Shown: positions 1-12,778 of the stretch, one piece after another
Numbering within the stretch: position 1 is the first letter of the stretch
How the letters are laid out: each line of letters begins with the position of its first letter
Source: Felis catus
Taxonomy: Eukaryota
Assembly (NCBI RefSeq): GCF_018350175.1
Contig: NC_058377.1
Coordinates: 96,348,001 to 96,412,000, forward strand
Reading direction: 5' to 3'
Length of the DNA: 64,000 nucleotides
The notes under the pieces: model-generated
Database searches by the model: none
What the model saw: the letters and a program-made list of their open reading frames with translations, nothing else
What the model was told of the DNA's origin: nothing
Program-made: the position numbers and the translations under genes

Positions 1-299
1 TCTGAGACAGTGGTTCTTAACGAGTGGCATTCGCCTTCCTGCCCGCCCCAGAGACACTGGTTTTGGGGAAAAGCTTCCCAGGTGATTCTGACATAGCGTC
101 CTGGTTGAGAATGCTGTCCAGGGGCTCCGGGAACTCCAGGTGAAGTTCTTTTCGGGAGCAAAGGTTTTTTTTCAGCTAGCAGTGAGAACAAGTGAATCCA
201 AGCCAGGAATGTACCTCATATAGCTGGAGGTGTCCTTACTGGTTTGGGACCCCCAGCCAGCTCTACAGGGCAGTTAGTGATTCACATACCAGCTCTGGA

Positions 300-742
300 A
301 GATCTGTGCTGTCTTCCCGTCATGCTTAGATTCGAAGCCAAAGTCTTTATCGAGGTTCACAAAATCTCACGAGATCCTTTCCTCAAACACAGCAAATACA
401 TGCTCCTACCTCAGGGCCTTTGCGCTTGCTGCTCCCCCTGTCTGGACACTGTTTCCTCAGAGAGCCCCATGGGTTACTCCCTCACTTTCTGTGGGTCTTT
501 GCCTAATGACCTTATCTGAATAGCATTGCTTCCCGCTGTTGATCCCTTACCCAACTGGAGTATTCCTCACAGCATTTATCCAACCATATCTATTCATATA
601 TGTCGTTCATTTTCTATCACCTGCTTGAGAAGGGAAATTGCAGGAGGGCTGTATCTGTTTTGTGGCCATCCTTGTCACCAGGGCCTAGAATAGGGTCTAC
701 CACATGGCAGTTGCTCAATAAATATCTCTTGAATGGCTGAAT
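300..742 (+). mobile_element. L2 3' fragment
   Basis: cctcagggcctttgc...gctcaataaatatctcttgaatggctgaat terminal motif. Confidence 0.6.
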
Positions 743-2099
743 AATGCTAATGTGCTTCTCCCGGTTGTCCAACAGGATACGAATGTCATTTTCAAATTTG
801 GTTAAAACCGCCATGTAAACAGCAAGCTGCTTTTTGGATCTGTTTCCCATACGGATTCCCATGCAAACTGTAAACAGGTAAACGAAGAGCAGTTAGTTAC
901 CTGACACCTGCTATATGCTCAGCCCCCGCAGGCTAAAGGGAGGTACAAGCAAAGAGTCTTTCTCTTCAAGGTCCTTAGGGTCCTGTCAGGTATGAGCGCT
1001 AAGGTCAGAATACCCAGGTGGGCAGCTCCTCAGGGCCTTGAAAGACAGTGGTCGCTGCTCCGAGGGGCTGGCGGGGTCAGAGGGGCTTAGCGGAGGTGTG
1101 CCCTTTGAGGAGCAGGACCCAGAGGGCAACCGCGCGGGAACCAGCGAGGTACCTGGCTCTGAGGCCCTGTCAGAGCAAGATGAGTTGCGGGAGCCAGAGC
1201 CACGGGCCCCTGACATCATGGCGTCTCTCCTCCACCTCCCTGCTTGGGGTTGCCTCATACAACCCGGAGACCCGGCCAAACCCAACAGGACGGTTAGGGG
1301 ACTGGTGCTTTGGCCAAGTACCCAGAGAACACTGGGAAGAAGGCCTGGATTCAAACATGCCTGGAGTCAGGCATCAGTGCAGGCGGCGTAAACTCCGATA
1401 ACGTTGAGGAAAACTCACTGGGTCTCAGTTGCCCCACTTGTAAGGTGAGGCCAAGGGCACTCTCCTCACCGGATTGTGGGGAAGGCCAGAGATGTGGACC
1501 CAGAAATGTGGATGTGGACCCCTGGACCCATGTCAGCAGAGAGAGCCCCTCATTACAGACTCCCAGGTTCTGGTCACAGGTGTGTACGGGCCACAGTCTT
1601 CTGGGGTAGCACCCCCCCCCCCAACTTAGTTTCATGTCTGTCTTTGTTTGAGAAGGCACAAAAGACCGTTTGTTTGCAGCCTCCTCCCCCTTCTGCCTTT
1701 CTCTGTGCCTCAGGCTCCTCTCTGAAGTGGATCTTCCTGTGGCCGAGTGGCTACTTAAAAGATCAGGGGACTGAAATCAAGGGGGGAAGAGTGATAGAGA
1801 CAGGGAGATGGTGGGGGTGGAGGGCGCCTGGGTCCCGTTCTTGAGGGAGGAGCTCTGCCTCCCCCCCCCCCCCCCCACTGCCTCCCTGCTCGCTTTCCAG
1901 ACCTGGAAAGAGAACCCAAGGGCCTTCCAAGTTAGGCCACGCCAGGCACAGGACTTGGAATCTTTCTTGCTTTGCTTTTGGAACAGAGAGATGCCAAAAG
2001 CAGCTGGGGAGGAGGACGAAGGGAGGAGCAACAGTGCTCGTCCAATCGGGATTCGAATCCTACCACTGATGTTTTCTAGTCGTGTGACAATGGCCAGGG

Positions 2100-2580
2100 C
2101 ACCCCGCCTCTCGGAGCCTGGGGTCCTCTCTATAAGCCCGAGACCCCCCAGGAGAGCCTCAGAGCACAGGGCGGCGGTGCGTTAGAACGGGTTGTGTCGC
2201 CGGTCCCTCGCGCGGCCCGCGAGCCGCTCGGTGCCCAGGCTTCCGCGGGTGCGCACTGCGCGCCCCGGGCCGGCTGCTCCGGGAGGGCGCGGCCCTTCGC
2301 CCACCTTTCCTCGTCCTCCCGCCCGGGCTTCGCCGCGTCTGGGGAGGTGGCGGCCCTGTTCTCCGAGCCAGAAAGGAAAATAGGGGTTTCGCGCCCCCTC
2401 TTGGCGAATCCATGTTACGGCTGTTGTGGTCGGAAGTGGGGCCACGGGAGAGGCTCTGGCTGCCGCAGGTTGTGGGCAACGTAGGAGGTCGTGGGAAATG
2501 AGGGTTTTCCTCTGGACAAGTCTTCACTCCGCCGTCAGCGTTCACCTGCTGCTGACAACTAATTCCCTCAATTCCGTCTC
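2100..2580. promoter_or_regulatory. Orphan CpG island / candidate promoter
   Basis: CpG-dense 2160-2480, ETS-like CGGAAGTG at 2431-2438; no coding exon adjacent. Confidence 0.55.
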
Positions 2581-2689
2581 AACCGCTGATAAGTTGCCAA
2601 CGACACTGAACAAACACTTTATAACCAAGAAGCCCCTCTGTGCCTGGAAACTATGGCAGAACCAGAGGGGGACGCAGACCTTGAATTGC

Positions 2690-3620
2690 ATATGGCATCC
2701 GTCCATCCGTCCACCCACCCGCCCGTCCACCCATCCTTCCACAAATATTGAGCTTCCCTAAAGGCCAAGCACGGTTCTTTGCCTTTGAGGAACATCAGTA
2801 AACAAAACAACTGAAGAGCCTTGGCCCTCGTGGAGTTTATGTCTGAGAAGGGGGACTGATAACAAACAATGCAGATAACAAATAAGAAATATATGGTACA
2901 CTTGGAGGAGAAAAGTGCTGTAAAAAATGACAGATAGAATAGGGGAGGAGGTACCACGGTGTGGTGAGGGTGGGAGCAGGTTGTGGAACAAAGTAGGCGA
3001 TCATAGTAGACCTCTGGGGGAAGGTGACATTTGAGCAAAGACAAGAGAGTGAGGGAGTGAGCCAACCAGGTACTGGGGGCAGGGCAGCGCAGGCATCAGA
3101 GCTCAGCTGGAGCAAAGGCCCTGGGCACACTCCCTGGCTTGTGTGCTTTATACCTTTGGCATGGGCCCCTACACCTACCTGGGGAGTCAGGGAGGAAGAT
3201 TCCTCGGAGGAGCATAGACTTAGTCTGCCGAGGAGGTGAATCTGTGAGTGGGCTTTCTGAGTGGAGGGAACAGCACGTACAAAGGATGAATGAGAGATCC
3301 TGGCATGCTGGGAGAGTTACGGGAGGGTCAGTGTTTGGTGTTGTCGCCTGGAGGCGGAATGGAAGAGATGTGCAAAGAATGGGATTAGGGAGGTAGGCTA
3401 TCATCGATTATTCTAGAATCTGATATGCCACATGAATGAGTTTGGATTCAGAGGTTGCAAACTGATGGCTGAGGGGCTGACATAAACTGGTCAAACCATT
3501 TTGCTCTCTTTGCGCGTTTGTTACCATTGTGCCCCCGAGGTATTGGAGTTTATAACCCCTCAAAAAAGGGGAGCCGTTGGAGGATCTTAGGCACAGGAAA
3601 GATGTGATCAGATTTTTTCA
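2690..3620 (-). mobile_element. L2 3' fragment
   Basis: (catc)n-like end, acaaatattgagc, gtgacatttgagcaaag, gcaaaggccctg. Confidence 0.6.
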
Positions 3621-5739
3621 TTGGAAGGTATTCTGGGGCTTCTTGAAGCCGGGGACCTTTTCCTGCATTCTGATAGTCTCAAGGTCTAACACAGCCTAAC
3701 ACAGGATCTAACACATGTATCATGGGTACATAATAGGTACCCAGTGAATTGTTTTTAGCTTTAATGAGTGGGGGGGGGGGTGTGAACAAATAAATGACAC
3801 AAGGAACGGGCCGTCAGGGCGGGCCAGGCTGGGGGACATGTGAGGTCTTAACCCTCTGCAGTAAAGTGCCAGCCCACAGCTCATGCTTCCTCTCACTGCG
3901 GAGTCTGCCTGGGCAATGTGTCTCCAAGAGTAGTCCATAATCACCTGCCATGTTTGTTTTAGAATGCAGACTACCAGGCCCAAGTGTAGACCTACTGACT
4001 TTCCAGTAGCTCCCTTCATGGAGCCCAGGCATCTGCACATTAAACCAACACCCGCTAAAGTTGGAGGAGAGTCGCAGGGCAGGGTATTTTCAGACTACAG
4101 TCTGCCTTTGGCCTTGCTTCTGTTTGTTGGCCCTCAGGGAAAGCAGAACAGGAACGGTCAAGCGTGAAACTGATAAGCCCACACATAGAGTTATGCAGCA
4201 GTTCTCTCATTTTGGCATATATCCTCTGACCCAGCCTCCACATCACCCTCTGTGAGGTAGGTTTCTTGATCTGCCCCTTTGACAAGGAGTAACTGAAGAC
4301 CGGAAAGACCCGCAAGGATATGCTGACAGGTAAGGCTGGGGAGATTGGGACCGGGCTTTCTGGCAGCCAGCCACTCCAGTGCTTCCTTGTCGAGTTGTCC
4401 TTCCTGCCCTAGGTTAACCCACTTCAACCTGTTCTCAATCATGGCCTCTCCAGAAATGGGGAAAATTAGTAGCTCATCTGTGCTTTAATTGAGATTTGCT
4501 TGCTCCAGTGGTTCTCAAATGCTGGTAGTATTTGAATCACCTGGCCGTCTTGAGCTACCACACGGCCCGGCCCTAGCCTACTTCTAAGAGCCCCTGGCTC
4601 TTTGTTACCTCTCCAGGTGGTGCCAATGCCTCCAAAGTTTGAGAACTGTGGCTCAATGCGTGGTTCTCCCATGTGTGGATATTGCTGAGCCTTTCCTGTA
4701 AAGATGCGAAGAAAGGCCATTTTAGGTAATGGGGAGCTCCTGGGGAGATCCCTGTGGAAGGGAAAGGGTGGATCTTATTATTGCCCTTGAAACTACTCTG
4801 TACTTAAAAGCAGAGCATGCGGGCACAAAGCAAGCTTAGTGACAGGAGGAGGGTGGTGGAGAGGTCTCTGGGCCCTGACATTCAAGGACAGTTTCACCAG
4901 GCATAGTAAGGATTTTAGGCTGGAGAAGAGATGAGTGGAAACAGAGATAAAGGTAAATGTGGAATGGTAAGGAGGGGGAGCCGTGGGATATGGAGTGTGA
5001 AAGGGGCTTTGGATGAGACATTGCTGTGGCTTCAGCTGGGGCTCCTGGACCCCCAGTGGGGTAGGGCCCACCATCTGACTTAGGTTTTGGATTCCCAAAA
5101 GTGAGTACCAAGTTTTGAAGGTATGTGCACCCTTCCAGGAAGAGGCCTTGAGGGAGGATGGGGCCTGGGGTTAGCAGACTTGGGGTTAAAGTTCCCCTTT
5201 CCCATCCTACTTGTGTGAGTCACCTCCTTCTTTTGGGCCTCTGGTTTGTCATCTGTAAAGTGACGCTAATGGCAGTGCTCTCCTAACAGAGTCCTTTTGA
5301 GGATTAAGTCACCCAGGCCAGAGCTTGGCTCCGACAGTGCTCAATCAGTGTTAGCTGTCACTGATAATATTGTGATTTGGGAGAGTTTTGTGTCCTCCCC
5401 CCCTCCAAAAGTTTACATCACTCATGCTCATCCTGGATATATTGGGGGGCCTTGTTGAATTCAATGGACTGTAATAAATTATGTCATTAGTTGCTCCATC
5501 CGAAAGCTGGGAATAATTCTTATCACCTAGAGGTTAGGATTAAATGCTGCATGTGGCTGGGGCTGCTGGGCAGCTGCTAGGCTCACTCATTAGGTAAGTG
5601 ACCCGGGTTGAAAATGCTGGTCTAGTGTTTATTACCAAAGTCTGGTTGGCATATGTGCGCCACACAGGTGAGGCTGTGTTCCGATAAAACTGTATCTACA
5701 GAAACATGAGTCGGGCCTCTATTCTATCACTACACTAAA

Positions 5740-8330
5740 GTCTCTTGTAGATCATCTGCGAATTCTCTAGTCTGTCTTCCAGGCAGACACTAGTAATCTG
5801 TAGATAGCAGAACTCCAGATTGCCTTGTTCTAACTCTAATTTCTTTCCTTGCCTAATCTCGGCCAAGACCTCTGGTACAATGTCAGCTATTTGACAGTGA
5901 CAATGGGTGGCCTTTCCTTTTGTTCAGGAGTTCAAACCTTTCGGAATTTCCTAAATGAGTAAGAGTCTGGCTTTTTGGCTGAGAGATGTCTAATGTTAAA
6001 GAGGTATCCATTCATCCTATTGTCTAAGTCAAGAATGGGTGTCTCATTTTGTCAGATGTCTTTTTAGTGTCTATAGATCAAATGATTTTTATCCCCCTAG
6101 GATCTGTTAAGGAGAAGTTCATTCAAATCATAGGGTTGAACCATCCTTCCATTCTGTATGATCCCATTTGGTCATAAGGTTATGTTACGATGCGTTTGGA
6201 GTCTGTGTGCAAAGTGCTATTCAGCTTTTAAGTATTGATAATCTGATGATAGGTAAGACTTGTCCATAGTTCTTCCTATAAACTTCATCAGATCTGTTAT
6301 TGTTTAGTTGTAAAATGTGGGTGTGTTTCCTCTTCTCTGGACGGTTTAAATAGAACTGGAATAATATACTTCTTTAAATATATGGTAGAGTTCCTGGTGA
6401 GACTGTCTGGACCAGTTACTTTTTTAGGGAATTAGTCCTTTGATAACTTCTATGTAAATTGATTTCTTTTGACTTTATTTCTCACCTGGGATTAGGATTA
6501 ATAAACTAAATTTTAAGCTAAATTAGTAATTTCATCCAGACTTAAACATTCTCTATATGTGCTTTTTTTTTTTTTTTTGAGAATTGGCTCTTCATTTCTT
6601 TCCTACTATAAATAATTATGTAAATGTGCTCCTGTGTCCTTGGCACCTGCCCCCATATGGGTCTTTCCACTTAATGGGCTAGCACTGGAAGCAAACTTAC
6701 TTGGCTATTTATATCCTAACAGAATTTTAAATTAGCTACAGCTGCATTTGAAAAACCTGCTTCCTAAATATATTAAAATTCCTAACTGTACAATTTGAAC
6801 TATGACAAATGGTATAGCCATGTAACCACAGCCTCAGGTTATAGATCACGTCATCTCCCCAGAATGTTCCCTGTACCACATTGCTGTCATTTTCCCAACC
6901 TCCTCCCCAGGCAACCTCTGTTCTGATTTTTATCACTATGGGTTACTTTTGCTTGTTCCATAAGTAGAACTGTACAATGTGTACTGTGTCTGGTTTCTTT
7001 CACTCGGTTGGCCTTAGCTTTTAAAGGCAAACTTACTTGCTCAGATTAGTAGTATCCTCTGCACAAATCTATTCCCTCTAGCAGGGAGGAATTGGTAACA
7101 CCTATTGAAATATTGATCCTTTGATGGCTACAGGATTCTAGGTTGGGAGTTACTTTCTCTCTATATGTTGAAAATAACATTTCAGGGGTACCTGGGTGGC
7201 TCAGTCGGTTAAGCATCCGACTTCAGCTCAGGTCATGATCTCACGGCTCGTGAGTTCGAGCCTTGCGTCGGGCTCTGTGCTGACAGCTCAGAGCCTGGAG
7301 CCTGCTTCCGATCCTGTGTGTGTCTTTCTCTCTCTCTGCCTCTACCCTGCTCACACTCTGTCTCTATTTCTCTCAAAAATAAATAAATGTTAAAAAAATT
7401 AAAAAAATAAAAGAACATTTCATTGTTTTCAGGTTTCCGCTGTTGGCTGAAGTCAGCTTTTGGTCTGTTATTCCTCTGAGGGTAACTTTTTTTCTTGGCT
7501 GATTTTTGAGATGTTTGTCTTTTTGTAGATATATAATCTCCTAAATATATACGTATATACATATATGTATGTATATGTAGATTGCTTTATTTTAATTTGC
7601 ATTTGTTGGGCTTGCTGAATCCATGCTGCGGTGTCTGGTTATTTGGCACTGATAAAACATCTTATTCAGATTGCTTCTGGTCTATTTTTCTCTTCCTTTG
7701 GGACTCGAAATGAATATGTATATGTACATTTTAGATCCTCTGCTATCTTCTTTTACTTTTGTGTCTTCATGTCACGTTTTAGAAAGTTTCTTCAGCCTCT
7801 TCTTCTGGGTCATTAATTTTTTCTTTAGCTGTATCTAATTTGATGTTAAACTCTGCCATTGAGGCTTTTCACTTTTGGTCAGTGGATTTTAACCTCTAGA
7901 ATTGATTGATTTCTTTCAAATTTGTCCTCTTAATAATTTCCATTTATTCTGTCAGTTTTCAGACTTGAGTTTCTATCTCCTTGAGAAGAAGAGCAATCAT
8001 TTTATAGTCGACTCTTAGTAGCTGGAGTCCATTTTAGTCTTTCTGTTGTCTGTACTGGTCTTACCTCATGCTGCTTATTCATGTGTCTGTATTTTGTGTT
8101 CTGGACACTGTACTTGAAAAGCCATCCTCTGAAAAATGCAAGTAAGTCTAAGGTAACCACTTCCAGAGTATTTGTCAGCTTCTGCCCGGGGGCTTGGAGT
8201 CAATACAGGAGGACAAGATTGTTGGGTGAAGTTAATCCGCCTGCAGCAATTGAGACTTCCTGGACATTGTGACATGAGGCCAAGCTGCTGTCCATGTAAG
8301 GGCTGGTTTTCTTGTAGCTTTCTCTTGTTC
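5740..8330 (-). mobile_element. Degenerate L1M fragments, interrupted by a SINE
   Basis: T-rich reverse-complement L1-like text (gttgaaccatcctt, agaactggaata, atggtagagttcctggtgag, aggcaacctctgttctgattt). Confidence 0.55.
7185..7408 (+). mobile_element. CAN-SINE (felid SINEC_Fc type)
   Basis: GGGGtaCCTGGGTGGCTCAGTCGGTTAAG tRNA-derived head, CT-rich linker, A tail, TSD aaaa(t/g)aacatttca. Confidence 0.92.
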
Positions 8331-9224
8331 CCAGGAGTTCTGGGCTAACGTGGGAGGTCTGAGGTTTAAATCCTGGCTCTACTGTGGCCTAGAAGTGACT
8401 CATCTTCATGAAGCTTCAGTTTTATCCCCTTGAATTGAGGTATCTTCTTATCTTACATATGAGAAACTGATGCCCAGACAGGGGAGATCATTCTCACAAC
8501 ATGCTACAATTGGTGAGTAGGAACTATAAAATAGAGTCTAGGCTCTGCAAGGCTGCTTTTACCTGAGACTTCAATTTTGCAACTTGTGTTTAGGGGTCTA
8601 TTTCCCCCACACCTTGCTTCTCACGCACGTAAAGGAGGCCCCGCAATCCTTATCACACTTCCCATAACAAGGAGGAAGTATCTGACTGAGGCCCAAGGAC
8701 TGGGACACCAGGAGAAGCTGGTACATGGCAAAGGAAAGGAAGGTCGGAGGGCAAGACCGAGCTAGAGAGCTTGTAGGGTCCTAGGGAAAGTGACATAAAA
8801 ATTGTCCTGCTTGGAGACAGGTGCTGACATCGCAAACAAATGAGCTGGTTCTAGCTCATTTCCCATGTTCATTCCCTATTCCCAGCTTCTACTGTTTGTC
8901 AGCCCTTTGGCTCTTTTCGGAAGGTTGTTGGTATCAGTTGGGCTGGTTCTGAGCCATGGCTTCTAGCTGTTATAGAAGACCCCTGAGTGTGACCTAATAG
9001 GCAGATGGTTGGAAGCTGGGGAATGTTGAAACCAAGGGTACGTACAAGACAACTTGAGGAAAGGGTTGGTATACCTCAATACCAGACAATTTAGGGGCAT
9101 TATTGCCTTTGTGGGCCAACATTTTTCACAATAGACTTTTCTTATAGAAAATATAAGTCTTGGCAGAAATCTAACTGCCAGGTTGCCTCCTGGCCTTACC
9201 ACATACTCATTTCAAATACATTTT

Positions 9225-9640
9225 GGGGTGCCTGGGTGACTCAGGTTAAGCGTCAGACTTTGGCTCTGGTCATGATCTTGCGGTTCGTGAGTTTGAGCCC
9301 TGCATCAGGCCCTGTGCTGACAGTGTGGAGCCTGCTTGGGATTCTGCCTCTCCCTCTCTCGCTGCCCTTTCCCCACTTGCTGTCTCTCTCTCTCTCAAAA
9401 TAAATAAACTTAAAAAGAATTTGGGGGCACCCGGGTGGCTCAGTTGGTTAACCATCCAACTTTGGCTCAGGTCATGATCTCATGGTTTGTGGGTTCGAGC
9501 CCTGTGTTGGGCTCTGTGCTGACAGCTCAGAGCCTAGAGCCTGCTGAGGATTCTGTCTCTCTCTCTCTCTCTCTGCCCCTTCCCTGTTCACACTCTGTCT
9601 GTCTCTGTCTCAAAAATAAACATTTAAAAAAGAAAAAAAA
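9225..9640 (+). mobile_element. Two tandem CAN-SINEs (second, from 9423, in the tail of the first)
   Basis: Two heads; TSD aaatacatttt flanks the pair. Confidence 0.9.
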
Positions 9641-10235
9641 TACATTTTGCCAAGAAAACACACTTCTTTTAGGTACTTGCCTTAGCATTATTTGCTGTTC
9701 CATGAGCCTGCCTGGAGAGGTTCTCATCCTAACTGCTTCGAGCAGCCTTTCTCCTCGAATAGCTTGTTGGGCCACACTGGCCTCCAGTTTCCCTACCTGA
9801 TCCTGATCATTGTTTTCTTTGTACCTGAGTCCCTGGCTGAGGGCTGGGTGGATGGGACAGAGTCATGGAGTTTTGGTAACATCAAGGACTTCCAGGGCAA
9901 GAAGTTCAAGAGAGCCCCCTAATCCAGCCTGAACTGGGATTACTGCTTAAAGTCTGGGACCATGTGCTGGTCTAGTGGATATTACAGAGCTGTGATATCT
10001 TTGATTTTGTTATTAAGGTGATACAGGACAAAGACCCTCAATATGTGAGAGACTAGCCCTGGAAGAAAGCAGAAACCCCCTACTTCTTGCCCATTGAAGA
10101 GAAGTCTTGTCCAGCAGTGTGGCCCTTCCCGCCAAACTCCTCAGAACCAGCAGGGATGATAGGCACCACCCTTTGGAAGGCAAAACCACAGGAATCTCTG
10201 TTGACACGTAACTACCCCTCTATGCTATCTGAGTA

Positions 10236-10713
10236 TAGATTTTCCTTGACTTATGATGGACTTCTGTCCTGATAAACCCGTTATAAGTTGAAAATGCATT
10301 TAATACACCTGAACTACTGAGCATCATAGTTTAGTCTTGCCTACCTTAATTATGTTTAGAACACTCACACTGGCCTACAGCTGGGCAAAATCCTCGAACA
10401 CTGTCCATTTTATAATAAAGTGTTGAGTATCTCATTTAGTTTATTGAATACTGAAAGTGAAAAGCAGAAGGGTTGTATGGGTACAGGATAGTTGTAAATG
10501 GTTTTTACCCTTGTGACTGTGGGGCTGACTGGGAGCTGCATCTTGCTGCCAGTGCCCAGCATCATGAGACGGGATCCTACGGCACATCACTGGCCCAGGA
10601 AAAGGTTCAAATTCGAAATTCCAAGTGCAGTTTCTACTGAATGCGTGTCACTTTTGCACCACCGTCAAGTCATAAAGTCAAGAACTGAACCATTCTAAGT
10701 TGGGGGATGTCTG
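10236..10713. mobile_element. Tigger5/MER47-like Tc1-mariner MITE
   Basis: Imperfect TIRs (tagattttccttgacttatgatgg ... ccattctaagttgggggatgtctg) flanked by TA on both sides. Confidence 0.75.
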
Positions 10714-11882
10714 TATCTGGAAGGACCGTATGAGCTCCTTATCTGCAGGGTTGAAAGCCCCATTGAAATGACCCTTTAACTTGTAGGGGAGGGAGTCTGA
10801 GCCAGAACAAAGTATTTTGCTTGTGGAACAAAGGGTTAGTCTAGACATGAGAATTGATATCTGTTCAATCTCTTTCTAAACAGTATGCGTGTTCCTAATT
10901 CTGGCGCGTGAAGTTCTTTGTATCACTGCTGATGAGAAGTTGGCACCCTAAATCAAGACTCAGTACTGTTTTGTCCTGTGGCTGTATCTGGTCACCGCTC
11001 CATCTTCTATAGCAAAGTCCTCATGGCTTTGCTCTTCTCTTCACTGACTTGGCAACATCCTGTAGTTGTGCCTCTCCTCCTAGCTACCTATGTGCCAGGC
11101 ACTGTGCTAACGATAGAATGATGAAGGCTGACCTGGGGAGATACTGAACATGTAACAGTATTAAGTGTCATGAGGGGGAAGTATAGATTGCTATGGGCAT
11201 ATCCCAGGCAGACTGAACATGTTTTGGAGAAGTTGGGCAGAGTGTCCGGTTCTTTGAAGCGCTGGTGCAACAAACCTGTGAAGGAGGTAATGAGGCTTTG
11301 CATATGGCGGGGATGGAATTTAGAATAAGAACTCAGAATATGGCATCTAGTGGAAGGGCTGTAAATCTAGAATTTTTTAGGAAAAGAGGTCTCTGTGTCT
11401 GGGAATATGAAGATTGTCATACAAAGAATTAGAGGCAGCTGTTGGCCTCAGGTTTTCTTACCGTGTGGCTTCTTGCTCTCTGATTTGTTTGGTTGATTCT
11501 TCAAGGCTTTAAAAAGGTGTTTCTTAGGTCTTTCCCATCATTTTGACTTCTCTTCAGATGAAAGGTTGGTCTGAATAGTCAGAGGCTCTCAAAGTAGAGT
11601 CTCAGGAACTTGTTCGAACTGAAAATTCTCAGGCCCCACCCCAGATTTACCGAATCAAAGTCTGGCAGTGAGGCCTCACCATCTCTGTGCTAACAAGTCC
11701 TCTAAGTGATTCTGGTGAAGTTTGAAGTTCAAGAACCATGTATCTAGCCCCTGGTTACTAGTGATGGAAGTCTGAGGCAGCTGTCACAGTGAGCAGGTTG
11801 AAGGTATTTATAAGGAAATGACACAAAGAAGGATAGAAGGACCGAAGAAAAATAGACAAAAAGAGGGGCTGATGTTCTAGAA

Positions 11883-12110
11883 CAAGGGATGGCAAACTTT
11901 TTCCAAACAGGACCAGATAATGAACATTTTATGCCTTGTGAGTCATATCCTATGGTCTGTGTCACAGCTATTCAGCTCTGCCATTATAGTGTGAAAACAG
12001 CCATAGATGATATATCAACAAACAAATGTGACTGTATTCCAGTAAAACTTTATTTACAAAAAGAGGTAGTTGGATTTGGCCCTTGGGCAGTACTCACCTC
12101 TATGCTAACA
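11883..12110. mobile_element. MER58A-like hAT-Charlie MITE
   Basis: caagggatggcaaactttt...gtcacagctattcagctctgcc...gtattccagtaaaactttatttacaaaa. Confidence 0.7.
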
Positions 12111-12126
12111 GAATAATTTACTCAGG

Positions 12127-12385
12127 NNNNNNNNNNNNNNNNNNNNNNNNNNNNNNNNNNNNNNNNNNNNNNNNNNNNNNNNNNNNNNNNNNNNNNNNNN
12201 NNNNNNNNNNNNNNNNNNNNNNNNNNNNNNNNNNNNNNNNNNNNNNNNNNNNNNNNNNNNNNNNNNNNNNNNNNNNNNNNNNNNNNNNNNNNNNNNNNNN
12301 NNNNNNNNNNNNNNNNNNNNNNNNNNNNNNNNNNNNNNNNNNNNNNNNNNNNNNNNNNNNNNNNNNNNNNNNNNNNNNNNNNNNN
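12127..12385. other. Assembly gap (259 N)
   Basis: Run of N. Confidence 0.99.
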
Positions 12386-12778
12386 AATCCCCTTTTCTTA
12401 GAACACTGTAAAGCAGGAATTGCTCTGATGGAGGGAGAGGGAGGAGACCCCAGAAGCATACCTGTTTACTTTCTCCTTTTTCTCAAAGTGGGCCCTAATG
12501 CTCTTCTTCAGAACACATTTTAATGCCATTTAACTATAGTGTTCCAGGGTCTGGGCTTGGGGCCTCTTAGGCATTGCCCTCGAATGAGTCGGTAATTCTC
12601 CCTGAGCCAACATGTACCTATACCCAAGGCATGGAAGTAGGAGGAGGCAGTGAGGAGCCTGAGATGGGGCCTGGATCTCCTCAGGGTCAAGGAGGGTTTC
12701 CTTTAATGCACTGCGTGGTTTCTCGCTTTCTCTGCAGGTTCCAGCCAGCCTGCTGAGGCCAAGACAAAGACCCAGAGC

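Noticed and set aside
1038-1391. Acidic 117-aa ORF (EEQDPEG...SEQDELREPEP)
   Set aside because: TTG start, no recognisable family and no convincing splice boundaries; left unannotated
7185-7270. tRNA-like A/B-box sequences and recurring MAQSVK... ORFs
   Set aside because: Heads of tRNA-derived CAN-SINEs, not tRNA genes or proteins
12083-12523. ORFs spanning N runs (also 15975-16350)
   Set aside because: Open only because of assembly gaps
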